NCBI RefSeq assembly: GCF_000281045.1
Contig: NW_008246103.1
Location: forward strand, 150,582-214,581
Direction of reading: 5' to 3'
DNA from: Saprolegnia diclina VS20
Taxonomy: Eukaryota
DNA length: 64,000 nt
Below, in pieces: positions 36,101 to 50,500 of this stretch (positions are counted from its first letter, which is position 1; each line of letters starts with the position of its first letter). A program made the position numbers and the translations under genes. A model generated the notes under the pieces. The model saw nothing but the letters and a program-made list of their open reading frames with translations, made no database searches and was not told the DNA's origin.

Positions 36101-38408
36101 GCTGCAGCGAGAGAAGGAGACCTTGGAGCGGACTGGACGACGACGCGTGGCTGTGCTTGCGAAAGAAGGCCACGTACGCCTCAATCGAGCGCACGATGAG
36201 GCCCCGCAATTGCATCGACATGAGCGTAGCGACACAGTCAAAGTAGTGCTTGGGCTGCAGGAGCGCCGATGCGAGCACGTCTTCGTTCTTGGCCGTCGTC
36301 AGAATGCGCTTGGCGGTCCCAAACCACTTGTCGAGAAGGAGCTGCTTGACGCGCCCGGCTTGCGCAAGCTGTCGCTTCTCGAACGTCTTGATGTTCATGG
36401 GCACCAAGTGCGACGCGAGTTCTTCGGTCGTAGGTACATCCACGAGGAGGAGCTGGTCAAAGTCGCCCCATAGATAGTGCAGCGCAAGCAAGTGGCTGTC
36501 GAGGATCATGAGGTACTGGCTCAAATGGTCTTTGGCCAATTGCTTGCGGTCGATCCAGCCAATGGTCGGTGCAATCGCGTGCGCGTAGCCTTCGCCCCAC
36601 TTCCACTTCATTTGCACTTGGTACATGGGCGGCGTGCCGCCACGAATGTGCAGCCGGCGCTGGGTTCCTTCCCGGAGCAAAAGGTAGTCGAGGACGGCCT
36701 TCTTGATGCTAAAGTAGTAGTTGGCAAGTGTCTCGTTAAACATGGCGCGCAAAATGAGCTCGGCCCGCGCCGGCGGCAGCTGCTGCAGCGCGCGCGCCAC
36801 GAGGCTTTGAATGTGCTCGGTCCAGCGCGGGTTCATTGGCACAATGTCTTTGGTGCTAATGACGTGCTCGAGGTAGTACTGATACCGCACGGCCGCGTTC
36901 TCCTTCTCGGCGGAATCGGCCTCGTGCGTCGTGCTGCGTGCTGGGACCGGCAGCGTTCCTGGCAGCGGCGAAAACACCGGCTTGCCCGACGTCGTGACCA
37001 ATGGCAGCTCGACTTTATGCGGCGGTGCTGCCACCGGCTGGAAGGCAATGTCCAGTGCCGGCAGCACCATGACATCGGGCTCGTTGCTCGCGTTCAAAAA
37101 GACCAACGGCGACGCACTCGGGGTCGGCAGGTGCTTCCGGATCACGAGTTGGGCGGCGGTCAACGAGTAGTTGCTACCGATGCGGTCGCTGGATGCAAAT
37201 TTTTCGATCGCGTCGACCTGCTCAACGCCCAGCGTACGGCAAAACGGGTCGAGCAGCGGCGGGTATTTTGCATCGAGTTCGGGGCAGTCGAGGACAACGT
37301 CTTGGTTCTTCACCTCGAGCTGCCACGGCATGGCATCGGCGAGGCGCTTGTGCAGCGCGAGGCGCGGGCTGAGAGGCGAAATTGCCTGTGCGAGGGCGCG
37401 CGCCCGGCGCGATAGTCCCGAGAGCTGGTCGGCGCGCGGACTGCCCGGTGCCGTTGGTTTGAGCGGTGTACTTGTGCCGTTCTCTGGACTCGGCAATACG
37501 TGGAACAAAGCTTGCGACGGCGCCAAGAGCGACCTACTTTTCGTTCAACTTCGCTTCGGAATGCAAGCAAATAAGGCTTACCGTAGTGGCTGCGGCCGCT
37601 TGCTCACGGGCTCGACAGGACGAATGTCCGGGTCGATCGTGCCCTAACGGATCCGTCGGACACGTCATTGCCTCCTACATGTACCTGCTGCTTCTGGGCC
37701 ATGTGTCCATCAATGACGCGCTGCTTGCAAGTGACCGTGCCAACGCCAAGGCCGAGCTCGACCTATAGACCGAGAGGCATGAGCCATTGCGTGTCACATG
37801 GCGGCTAGGTACGAGAGGCGTCAACCGCATTCGCTCGCCGACGTTTTGAACGAGGTGCTCGAGCCACGACTTGGCCGTGTACTCGTCGATGCGGCAGTGC
37901 GTCGCAATATCGCGAAAGGCGAGCAAGACAACGCGGTGCAGCGGCACGAGGCCGCCCACGTCTTCAAACTGGAGCCCATGGCGCAAGGCAAAGGGCCCGT
38001 GGGTCGCTACACGTAGCGCGTGAGCGCTGCAGTACGAATCGCTTGCTACCAAAATGAGGAATGCGGATGCTGTGGCCATGGACATGCACAAAGACTATGC
38101 CAAAGCCCGGGATCGACGCCGCGCTCAAGTCGTCCTCGACCTACGCACGCTCAGTACCGCAGCGCACAGCACAATAGGCGTACGACTCGCTGGACCCAGG
38201 CGCTCAAGAAGGACCAGACCGACGCGAGCTCGGCGGCACTCGGTGGTGGCGTGTGCAACAGGCTACGGGGCGTCGCCGTCGTTGCGTTGGTCCGTGCCAG
38301 CATGCGCGACGTTGTCGTGATCATGCTCGCGCGCACCGGCGCCTTGTGGCGGGTGATGGCGCTGGCCGTGTCCGGCGTCAGAAGCGGAAGCCGCGTCGGA
38401 CGATCCAT
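24112..38408 (-). CDS. Highly divergent axonemal-type dynein heavy chain, multi-exon; 5' end uncertain (37.5-38.4 kb)
   Basis: Linker motifs MGNPNLRDRHW and FPRFFFLSNAELI, YGNEYLG, four P-loops (GASSTGKA, GPTMSGKT, GPPSTGKS, GPPGTGKA), HYLFRLDD, stalk/MTBD-like segment, FPLLIDP, WEFRLWL, C-terminal GVYVDGVILVGASW. Short GT-AG introns join the ORFs. The upstream exons to ATG 38408 are tentative. Confidence 0.85.
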
Positions 38409-38751
38409 CGCGCCAAAGTGCAATGTGCCCTTTCGGCCGAAACGCTCCACATGGATACAAAGATGATCTTGGATCGATCGGTGGAGACATGGATAGGTAG
38501 TTGGATCGATCGATCGAATGCATTGTCGGATGTATGCAAGAGAATGAAATCCTTTGGGTGCATGCGTCCCTTTACACTATACGCAGCCCACAACGGATGC
38601 TCCTGCGCGGTTGCGCCCGACGCACCATCTTGACCTGTTGGCGGGCGTTTGCCCGAGCGAGTGGTGCCCTTCCAAGGGTCAGATAAGAATCGATATTATG
38701 TACCCTTGTACAAGGAGCAATAAGAGTTCATGACGCCGTGTCAACGTTGAG

Positions 38752-40505
<1,754 letters not shown>

Positions 40506-40557
40506 GTCGGCAGATGTGGGGTGAAATGAAATTTGATCCTGGTGGAAGGTTGCTATT

Positions 40558-40629
40558 GATTGGATAGAAACAGGAAGATCCACTTGCTTTCGATTGGCTA
40601 TAATCCTTCCATATGCGCCCTGCGATTGG
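40558..40629 (-). promoter_or_regulatory. Three CCAAT boxes upstream of RUVBL1
   Basis: GATTGG at 40558, 40592 and 40624 (CCAATC on the minus strand), ~33 bp apart, 50-125 nt upstream of the ATG. Confidence 0.55.
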
Positions 40630-41307
40630 CTGTTTTCGAAAAAAGATCTTTCCAGAATTGCGCCCCGAAATGTCCGCTTGACCAATGTGCTGCGACAACA
40701 TTTGTGCACATTGATGTCTTTAGTTTGTCAACAAAGGTAGAAGATAGTACAAAGAGATAACTGTGGTCGATAGCACTGCGATGTGGTCGCGGCGTGACAT
40801 GCCTCTATAGTGGGATCAACGTTGGACAAGGCTGGTCCACATTCAAATACATACACCGTCAACGCAAGTTGTTAATAAATGTGTCGATCTACAGTCTAGA
40901 TCCGGCATACATGGAACACAACTGGACAAACACTCGACTCATACGTAAACGTGGTCGGAAGGCGACGACGGCGTGCCCCCCCGGGCCGAAGGTGATCTCG
41001 AGTCGCTTAAACTACCCGTCGTGCTTGCAGTAGGGTGCAGATACCATGGCATTCGTGGCGTTGTTTACCTTGGGGTTGTGTTGCAGGATGGTTCCCTACG
41101 TACGTGAATGTGAGCACGCTCCGTCAAGTCCGATGAGCATACAGCGGTGTGGTCGCGCAGTGCTTCTTGGCGGGGCGATCCTGTATCCAACATCGTCCAT
41201 GAGACAAAACAAGAGAATTGGACAGTAGTCTACCGAATCTGCTTGGTGACGTGGCGCGCGGAGAAGGCTCGCACTGACCGACGGCTACACTGTCATTCTA
41301 GCAACGT

Positions 41308-42085
41308 TTAGCGAGTGGCCTCGCACCTCGTGAAGCAGCAACCGCGCTCGCAATGCCGCGTTTTCGGCTTCGAGCTCTTGCAGACGTGCAAGGACCAGGC
41401 GACTTTCGCTGCTCGTCGCAGATCCCGACGCCGCGTGGATCTAGCCGTTTCTGTCGCCACGTTGACGGACCAAGCAAGTCCTACCTCGTTGAGCTGGGTC
41501 TCTTGGCGCTTGACACGGACATGGAGCGACCCAAGGTTTGAGGCCATGGCGTCCATCTTGTGCCCCAGCGATGATAGCGAGCCTTGCACACTGTTCATGA
41601 AGCGCGCCAGATCCGGCACGGCAATGCCAACCCGTGGGACATCCTGCGCCATCGCTAAACCTCCCACCAAGACGGCAACGAATAACAACTCACATGGACG
41701 GTCGCTCTTGCTGGCTCGAAGGCAGTGGGTTGCGTCTTGGCCTAGCGATGCGAATGATGACCTTCCAAGATCCTACGCTTGGCATGCATACCCTGGGCGT
41801 GGGGCTGTATGCAGGTATTGCTGCTAGCGCGGCTACCTTGAGGGCGTCTTCGTCGCTGGCGTCGAAGCTCACGCGGGTGAGATCGGCGTCGCCATGGTCG
41901 GTGGCCACGTGCAGCGTGCTCTCGTCACTCTCATCGCCTGACGCCTGTGCGTCATAGCCCATGTGGATGCGAATGCGCTGGCGCAGCTCGGACGCGAGGC
42001 CCTTGGTGCCCAGCGAGTGCTTCCCGCAGTACGACCTTGCAGTATGGTACGGCAAGCGCTCAATGTCCTTTTCCGTGAGCTTCAT
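41308..42085 (-). CDS. Hypothetical protein with SAP-like N-terminus, hydrophobic segment and coiled coil; exon structure unresolved
   Basis: IERLPYHTARSYCGKHSLGTKGLASELRQRI fits the SAP helix-GLxxxG-helix pattern. A downstream ORF in another frame has LLFVAVLVGGLAMA and heptad-like sequence, so splicing is required. Confidence 0.45.
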
Positions 42086-42749
42086 GACGACTTGGATTGT
42101 CTGTCTCCCGGTAGCCAATCACCGACGAGCATCCGGCCAATCAGACGCGGCGATTCAGTGCGAGTCCCGGGGGGCAAGCCCCGTCCAACAATGCTTGCGT
42201 GAGGGGCATACATCGATCAACTGGCCCCGTCAGAGATCTCCACCAAGCGCACAAGCCCAAGAGTACCATTGCACGACATCTCTTATATACCCTTGCCTCG
42301 CGGAACGATTGCGTGAAGGTCGTCATGTTGTGCGAGGGGTCTGGCAACGTCCCGTATGCTCACTACTACGGCACAGTGGTAAGTCGAAACGGACCTGTTG
42401 CCCTGCTACCAGAGACGAGTTTTTCTAGATTTTCCGATCAAAGTTTCACTCGGCGACATGCATTGGGCGGCCATCGACGAGGCGATGTCACCATAGTTCT
42501 TCTAGTTTGCTAAATTTCTAGGAGATAGTAAATGTCGTGCGACTCAAGACTCGACGCCAATTGCTAACATTGGAGTTATGAATGAGGGTCAAGTTCTAAA
42601 GAGAGCTATTTGGAGAGCTATAAGAGCTTGAAGCTTCAAGAGCTCTAAGAAGAAATAAAGGGAGCGACGATTTTGTTGAGCGCAATATGACACCAATAAG
42701 AACACATAGTAAACTACAGCCACGTGAGTTTCATCTGTAGAGTCGACGA

Positions 42750-43724
42750 TTAGGCCGCGCGGATCGAGTTGCCAGCGGCGGCGGTTGGCACCGAATGGTG
42801 CATGCAGTAGAGCCCCCGACGCACGACTTTTTCACAGCTGTCGTGGGCACAGCGCTTGCCACCGCCGTGGGCGACGCAAAAGCCTTCGCCTCGGTCTTTG
42901 CGCGAACAGCCTTCCTTCGTGCATTTTCGAACGCCGCCGTGCTTGTGGCAGAGCCCGTGGCGCTGGATCGTCTTCATGCAGTTGGCGTACTTGCACGTGC
43001 GAGGTGGCTTCTTGGCGTTGTCCTGCAGTTCGTCGCTCGTCGTTGCCTGGATCGACGGCGACGCGACCATGATCGGGGTCGGCGGAAGCGGGGCGGGGGG
43101 TAGACAGTGGTACGGCGTCGTCTCTGCGGGAGGCGCATAACTGTAGGGTCGCGAGATGGACGTGTAGTTGTGCTGGTACTGGATATTCGTTCCAGGCAAG
43201 TACGTTGGCATGTACGAAAGCGTGCCAAAGCTGGGTGGTACCAGCGCCTGTACTGGGCTCAGCTCGTATCCTTGCCCGTGCGTAGAGGAATCGCGAGACT
43301 GCTCGTGGCGGTGTTGTGGCGGCGTGCCATATGAAGTCCACGTCGTGTGCACGTCGCTGGTTGCCGGCGCGCGTGGGCTTTCGACAGGCTTGTATCCACT
43401 CGACGCATACATGGCACTGAGCGCCGTGCACGGCGAAGGCGACGAGTACGACACTGCCCGCGCCTCGGTCTCCTTGGTGCCGTACGTGTGGTGGTGCTGT
43501 GTGCGACTGGCGTCGTTGTTGGTGATGAAACCAATGTCGTATTGGGACGGAGGCTCGTACGGCGTGGGCACTTCTGTGACGTGCTGAGGAGGCGGCTCCG
43601 AGAGCTGGCACATGTGGGCGTACCGACGCGACGGGCGGTGGCGCGCAACGGGCGAGTGTAGAATCTCGTTGAGCATGCGCACCTCGCCTTGCGAGATCAC
43701 GAGCGACGCTTCGTGGGACTCCAT
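42750..43724 (-). CDS. Oomycete Cys/His-repeat (WRKY-like) protein with Pro/Ser/Tyr-rich N-terminus
   Basis: C-terminal CKYANCMKTIQRHGLCHKHGG, CTKEGCSRKDRGEGFCVAHGG, CAHDSC...CMHH repeats. Confidence 0.8.
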   Translation of the reverse strand: MESHEASLVISQGEVRMLNEILHSPVARHRPSRRYAHMCQLSEPPPQHVTEVPTPYEPPSQYDIGFITNNDASRTQHHHTYGTKETEARAVSYSSPSPCTALSAMYASSGYKPVESPRAPATSDVHTTWTSYGTPPQHRHEQSRDSSTHGQGYELSPVQALVPPSFGTLSYMPTYLPGTNIQYQHNYTSISRPYSYAPPAETTPYHCLPPAPLPPTPIMVASPSIQATTSDELQDNAKKPPRTCKYANCMKTIQRHGLCHKHGGVRKCTKEGCSRKDRGEGFCVAHGGGKRCAHDSCEKVVRRGLYCMHHSVPTAAAGNSIRAA

Positions 43725-44529
43725 GACCGGGCTGTCGCAAGCGTGATCAATGGAAATAATGGCTTTGGCGCGGGTGTGCATCGCCAAACCGCGTCCTTTC
43801 GCCAGCCAATCAAATTGCTTGAAACAGACACTTTTTCGATGGTTTTTCGTCGCTTCGGCGCTGGAACTTGGAAGCCGTGTTTAACTGGTGTGTACGTAGA
43901 GTTGAGCATAGTGTAAAAGCATACTAATATTAAAAACACGCAACCCAATCCGAAACCGTGAAACGGGTACGCGCCATATTGGAGATTTTCGCAGCTCCAC
44001 TGGCTGACGCAATGCTGCAAAGGGGCGCGCGGTACGGCGCTGGACCTTGGTCACCACCGACCCCTCATCCTTCGTCGACATAATGACATGAGATACCTCT
44101 TTCTTGTGGACTGACCGAGCCTCGGCAGGTGACCACATGATGAATGATAGAGCTGTGTGTGAAGAGGCCATTTGCCCACGACGTCGAAGCTGTCGAGTGT
44201 GGAATATGTAGTACTGCAGTCTGCAACCGCTTGAAAAGGAATTCTGTCGTTGGCAACCTCTTTGCGGTCTCCGCGCTCGAGGGCATCCGCCACACCGCAG
44301 CACACTGCAAAATTTGGTATCTCGTATTTTGTCATACGAGCACAACGCTAGAATCTCCAACTAGGTACTGTAAGTGCTACAGTGGGGCGGCATGTCGGAC
44401 ACTTGATTCAATGTACCTCGCGTTGCTCCATAGATCCTAGTCGACTATAGTCGAAAAAAGACTGACTAAACCGAAACTGCACACAATAACGGTCGCGGCC
44501 CTCTGAAGAGACACTTTCTTCGTCAAAAG

Positions 44530-47500
44530 ATGGAGCCGCCGAGTCCGGCCCGCGACCGGCGCGGCGAGGCCAAGAAGGCCGACGGGCTCTTCACTCTGCA
44601 GCAGGACCCGGCGTACCAGCTCCACTTTGTCAACCATGACAAGCCCAAGCCTGAGCGGCCCACGAACGCGGCCCTCGCGTCGCCGTCGTCACTGCGGTAC
44701 GCGACCCGGTCGTCGACGCCTACGAAAGCAACGAGCGTCAAGTCGCCAAAGAAGATCCTCGACATTCCGCTCTTGAAGAGCCCGCCCAAGGAGAAGCGCG
44801 CGAGCGTGCGCAAGCCCGTCTTGCCGGACGTTCCGACGTCGCCCAAGCCAGGATACGCGTCGTCGCCACTACGCTCGAAAGAACCATCGAGTGGGCTCCA
44901 TTTTTTGCGCCAATCGCTCTCCGAACACGAACCATCTTCGCCTGACGTGGTCGACGACGAGCTCGTCGACGAGACGAGTGCGCCGCCGCCGCCGACGGTC
45001 GTGCCGCCCAGCGACGAGTCGGCCGACGAAGCGCTCATCCGCGCGGCCAACCTCCAGACGGGCGAGGACGCAATTGCCTTCTTTGCCCGCAACGGCTCCA
45101 ACAGCCAGATCAAGTTTGTGCACCTCAACCGCGCCACGTCCGTCCTCTTCCGGCCGTACGATCTCATGGTGGTGCGACCCCTCGACGTGCAGCCCGAGCA
45201 TTTCACCATGTCGGCAAGCGGTCTCGTGCACATTTTGCCGGGTTCGCCGAGCGAATTCATTGCGCTCGCCGAATGGATGCGGCAGTCGACGCTCTTCAAC
45301 GTGCTCACGAGCTTTCGGTTTTACAAGTACTACTTGGTCAACAAGGCGTTTAGCGCGTGGCACGCCAAAGTCCGCTTCAAGCTCTTTTGCCGCCAGCGGA
45401 AAGCATTGGCGTCGACCTTGTACCTTGGAAAAGCCAGCTTTAGCCTCCCGCTCTTGCAAGTGAACCGCGTCATGATGGACCTCCAGAGTGTTCTTCTCCT
45501 TGATTTTCGCGCGCAAAAGACGTACGAAGCCGCGGCGTTCGTCGAGTACCAAGCGACAAAGCGAGCCGAAGCGTCCAAGCAGTTTGAAACGTGCGTCGAG
45601 AAGCTCCAAGTGATTGCGCAAAAGGTGTGTTCGGACGTCAACAACCTCGCGCGCCAAGCCCATCAAAACGACGACCTCAACGATCTTGCGACGTCCGTGC
45701 ACGCGGACAAGACCAAGTCGATCGTAGCGGCCAAAACCGAGCAGCAGCAGCGCAAGAAGCTCTTGAAGCGCGCCGCTGAAGAAGCCGCGATGCTCTGCGA
45801 CTTTATCCGGTTGATCGACTACATTACGACCGAGAACTTGGTCTTGTTGGCCGTGCAAAGCTGCCGCGAGTTCCTCGCCGAGCTCTCGAAATCGCCGCGC
45901 AAAACGGGCCTGTTTGAAACGACGATTCATTTTGGCGACGTCGACACGGTGTTTTCACCGACGTGCGAGCAGATCCAGGGCATTGTCGTGTCCATGACAG
46001 ACGATATTGTGGCCGCCGTCAACTCGGTCTCGCGCATCATCTACCTTCGGCAGTTCAACCAGTACATTGCCAATGCGATCTCGGACGGTCCGCACGTGGG
46101 TCCGACGATCACATTGAGTTTGGACTTTCGGCTCATTCGCGGCGAACTCGTGGCCAAGATCCTCACCGACTACCTCGAGGCCGCCGAGTACGTCAAGATC
46201 TTTGACAGCGTCCGGCCGATTTACGAGTACGACAAGCAGTGGGATTTCGAGAACGACTACTCGCTCCGCGCCCACACGGTCACGTCACTCAAGACCGATA
46301 TGCTCCAAATTGCGACGTGGGAGAAGGAGCTCGAGAAGATGCGGGCGGGGCAAACCATCGGCATTTTGCACGTCGAGAGCCGCAAGCTCAAGCAGAATTT
46401 GATTCCGATGACGGCGGCCAAGCTCGACGCGATGAAGGGTCTCGTCAAAGACCAAGCGCGGGCAAAATGCAAGGCGCAGCTCACCGAGTACAAGCAACGT
46501 ATTCAGCTCGTGAGCCAGCGGCCGCAGCACCTCAAGGAGTTTGCGTCGCACGTCGAGCGCGTTCAAGGCCTCAAGGCGAAACAAAAAGCCCTTGTCAAGA
46601 ACACCAACGTCGTCGACGAAATGTACCGTCTACTGGGCAACTACGGCGTGCGCATTAGCTCCGAAGACATGGTGCAGCTCGACGACCTCCGCTCGGTCCA
46701 AGAGAGCTACAAGGAAGAGACCGAGGCTGTTGAAGTCTTTATTCAAGGCAAGCTCGGCGAGATGACGACGCAGCTGGATGCCAACATTGCGCGTCTCGAC
46801 GAGCAAGTTGTGCAACAGAGCGAGGTGCTCCAAACTGGTGTCTTTATCGACGTGGGGCATTTCGAAGACACGAATCTCGTGCTTGGCGAGCTCGACGTTG
46901 TCAAGCAGCGCCTTGCGCAGCTCGAAGAGATGAGCAAGCAGTACACCGAGTACCAAGGCCTCTTCAACATTGACCCGTACAACTACGCGAACCTCGCGAC
47001 GACGCTCGACTATTACAACACGGTCGAAGTGTTGTGGACGTCGATTGAGAAATGGAACGACCAGCAGCGCAACGTGCTGACGAATCCATTCTCGGAAGTC
47101 AACGTCGACGAGCTTGCAAAGGACGTGGCGGTCTCGTTCAAGGACGCGTACTCGATGCACAAGAAGCTCAGCAACGATGTGACCGCACTGCTCAAGGACA
47201 AGACGGCCGAGTTCAAGCAAAAGATCCCGACGATCCTCGAGCTCGGGAGCCCGAGCATGAAGGACCGGCATTGGGAGAAGATCTTCAAGGCGCTCAACCA
47301 GCCGTGGTACCCAGGCATTTCGTTCACGCTCGACAACCTCATGCAGTACGACATTTTCGAGTTCAAGGACCTCGTGTCCGAAGTCGCGGCCACGTCGTCC
47401 GGTGAAGCCCAAATCGAGGCGTCGCTCAACAAGATCAAGACCGGGTGGGAAGCCACCGAGTTTGTGTGCTTGTCGCACCGCGACTCGAAGGAAATGTTTA

Positions 47501-50500
47501 TTCTGGGCGGCCTCGAAGATATTTTGACGCTCTTGGAAGACAACCAAGTGACGCTCCAGACGATGATGGGCTCCCGGTACATCCTGGGCGTCAAGGACGA
47601 AGTCGAGCGCTGGAACAAGAAGCTCGCGCTTCTCTCCGAGACGATCGACGAGTGGGTGACGTGCCAGCGCAACTGGATGTATCTCGAAACCATCTTTTGC
47701 GCCGAAGACATTCAAAAGCAACTGCCGATCGAAGCCCAAAAATTCCAGCTCGTCGACAAGAACTGGAAGACGACCATGGGCCGAACGCACGACGACCCCG
47801 CGTGTCTCCGTGCGGTCGAGAACGGCAGCGAGATGCTCGACCAGTTCAAGGCCTCCAACCAGCTCCTCGAAGAGATTCAAAAATCGCTCGAAGACTACCT
47901 CGAGACGAAGCGCATGGCGTTTCCGCGCTTTTACTTTTTATCGAACGACGAGCTGCTCGAAATTCTCAGCCAAACCCGCGACCCGCGCGCTGTCCAGCCG
48001 CACCTCGGCAAGTGCTTTGATGCGATGAAGTCGGTGCATTTTGAAGACATTCCTGGGCAGTCGACGCCGAGCAACCGGATCACGGCCATGGTGTCGGGCG
48101 AAGGCGAGCGCGTCAACTTCCCGACCGTCGTTGTCGCGCAAGGACCGGTCGAGATGTGGCTCCTCGAGGTTGAGAAAGCCATGCGCCACAGTCTGTATAC
48201 AGAAGCCTTCAACTCGTTCTCGTCGTACCCAGAAGATCATGCAATTGACCGCAAGGAGTGGCTCTTTGCCTACCCGTCCCAAGTCATCATCATGATCGAC
48301 CAAGTGTTTTGGACGAAAAATGTGTCGCGGGCCATCGCGGCGGTCGAGAGCGGCGAAGACAGCGCGGCCGTCGACGCATTCCTCGAATTTAGCCTCGCGC
48401 AGATCGACGGCATGGTCATCCTCGTCCGAAGCGACTTGAGCAAACTCCAGCGCATCCTCATGGGGGCGCTCATCACGATCGACGTCCACGCACGCGACGT
48501 GGTCCGGTCGTTGATTGCCAACAAGATATCGTGCCTCACAGATTTCGAGTGGACGCGACAATTGCGCTACTACTGGGAGGCGGATGTCAACAATTGCGTG
48601 TGCCGTCAAACCAACACGCGCTTCCTCTATGCGTACGAGTACCTCGGGAATACGCCGCGGCTCGTGATTACGCCGCTCACGGACATTTGCTACATGACGC
48701 TCACGGGCGCGCTGCACCTGCGGCTCGGAGGCGCCCCCGCGGGCCCCGCCGGCACGGGCAAGACCGAGACGACCAAAGATCTCGCCAAGGCCCTCGCGGT
48801 GCAGTGCGTCGTCTTCAACTGCTCGGACGGTCTCGACTACAAGATCATGGGCCGGTTCTTCTCGGGGCTGGCGCAGGCCGGCGCGTGGGCGTGCTTTGAC
48901 GAGTTCAACCGCATCGACATTGAAGTGCTCAGTGTCATTGCGCAGCAGATTCTGTGCATTCAACAAGCGATCATCTGCAACGCCGACCAATTCGACTTTG
49001 AAGGCAAACTCATTCGGCTCAACACGGGCTTTGGGGTCTTTATCACAATGAACCCGGGGTACGCGGGTCGAACCGAGCTGCCCGACAACCTCAAGGCGCT
49101 CTTCCGACCGGTCGCAATGATGGTGCCCGACTATCGTCTCATCGCTGAAATCGTGCTCTTCTCCGAGGGCTTTGCCAACGCACTTCCGCTCTCGCACAAG
49201 ATGACGCAGCTCTACTCGCTCTCGTCCGAGCAGCTGAGCAAGCAAGATCACTACGATTTTGGCATGCGCGCGGTCAAGAGTGTCCTCGTCGCGGCCGGGC
49301 AGCTCAAGCGCAAGTGGCCGGAAACCCACGAGGACTTGCTCTTGATCCGCGCGATGCGCGACTCGAACGTCCCGAAATTCCTTGAGGCCGATTTGCCGCT
49401 CTTCCGCGGTATCATTTCCGACTTGTTTCCGGGTGTCGTCGTCCCGTTCGTCGACTATGGCGTGCTCCAAAACGCGATCGAAACGCAGCTCGAGGCCCTT
49501 AACCTCCAGCAAGTCGCTTCGTTTGTCATCAAAGCCATTCAAGTGCACGAAACGCAGCTCGTGCGCCACGGCATGATGCTCGTCGGCGAGGCCGGCAGCG
49601 GCAAGTCGACCAACGCCATGATCTTGGCCCGCGCCTTGTCCTCGCTGTATGCCGACGGTGTCGTCGACCGCGACGGCTTTTACAAGACAGTGACTCGACT
49701 GATTCTGAACCCCAAGAGTATCTCGGCCGGCCAGCTCTACGGCGAGTTCAATCTGCTCACGTCCGAGTGGACGGACGGGCTCGTCCCCAAGCTGGTGCGC
49801 CAAGCCGTCACGGAAGCCGCCGAGTCGGACGCGCGCAATTGGGTCATTTTTGACGGACCTGTCGACGCCGTCTGGATCGAGAACATGAACACGGTCCTCG
49901 ACGACAACAAGACGTTGTGTCTGAGCAACTCGGAGCGCATCAAGTTGCCGTCGACGCTCCACATGATGTTTGAAGTGCAGGACCTCCGCGTCGCGTCGCC
50001 GGCGACCGTGAGCCGGTGCGGCATGGTGTACATGGAGCAAGTGCACGTGGGTCTCCTATCGCTCGCAAGGACGTGGAAGGTCAACGTGCTCGACACGTTT
50101 GCATCGGCCGAGGTCGCGTCGACGCTCCTCGAGCTCATCGAGACGCACGTGCCGGTCGCGATTGGCTTTGTGCGAGCAAAGTGCAAGGAAAAGATCCCGA
50201 GCAACAACGGCAACCTCATGACGTCCTTTCTCAACTTACTCGCGTCCTGTCTCCGCGCTGCGATTTCGGGCGCCGCGGCCGGCACCGACATTGGGTCGCT
50301 CGCGCGCATGTACTTTATCTTTAGCCTCACGTGGAGCGTCGGCGCCAACATTGACGACGCGTCCCGACCGCGCTTTCACGCATTCTGCCTCGACCAACTC
50401 CGCAGTTTGTTTGAGTTTGTCGGCCCGATTGACAATGTGTACAATGTGGCCATTGACGACGTGAACGCGAACTGGGTCTCGTGGGTGCACCGCACGCCGC

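Noticed and set aside
37650..38320. Possible plus-strand gene between the divergent dynein and RUVBL1
   Set aside because: Minus-strand GT-AG sites give a more coherent chain into the dynein 5' end; unresolved without transcripts.
42600..42650. Short palindrome CTTGAAGCTTCAAG within AGAGCT repeats; also TCGACTATAGTCGA near 44441
   Set aside because: 14-bp palindromes are too short to interpret in a 64-kb window.
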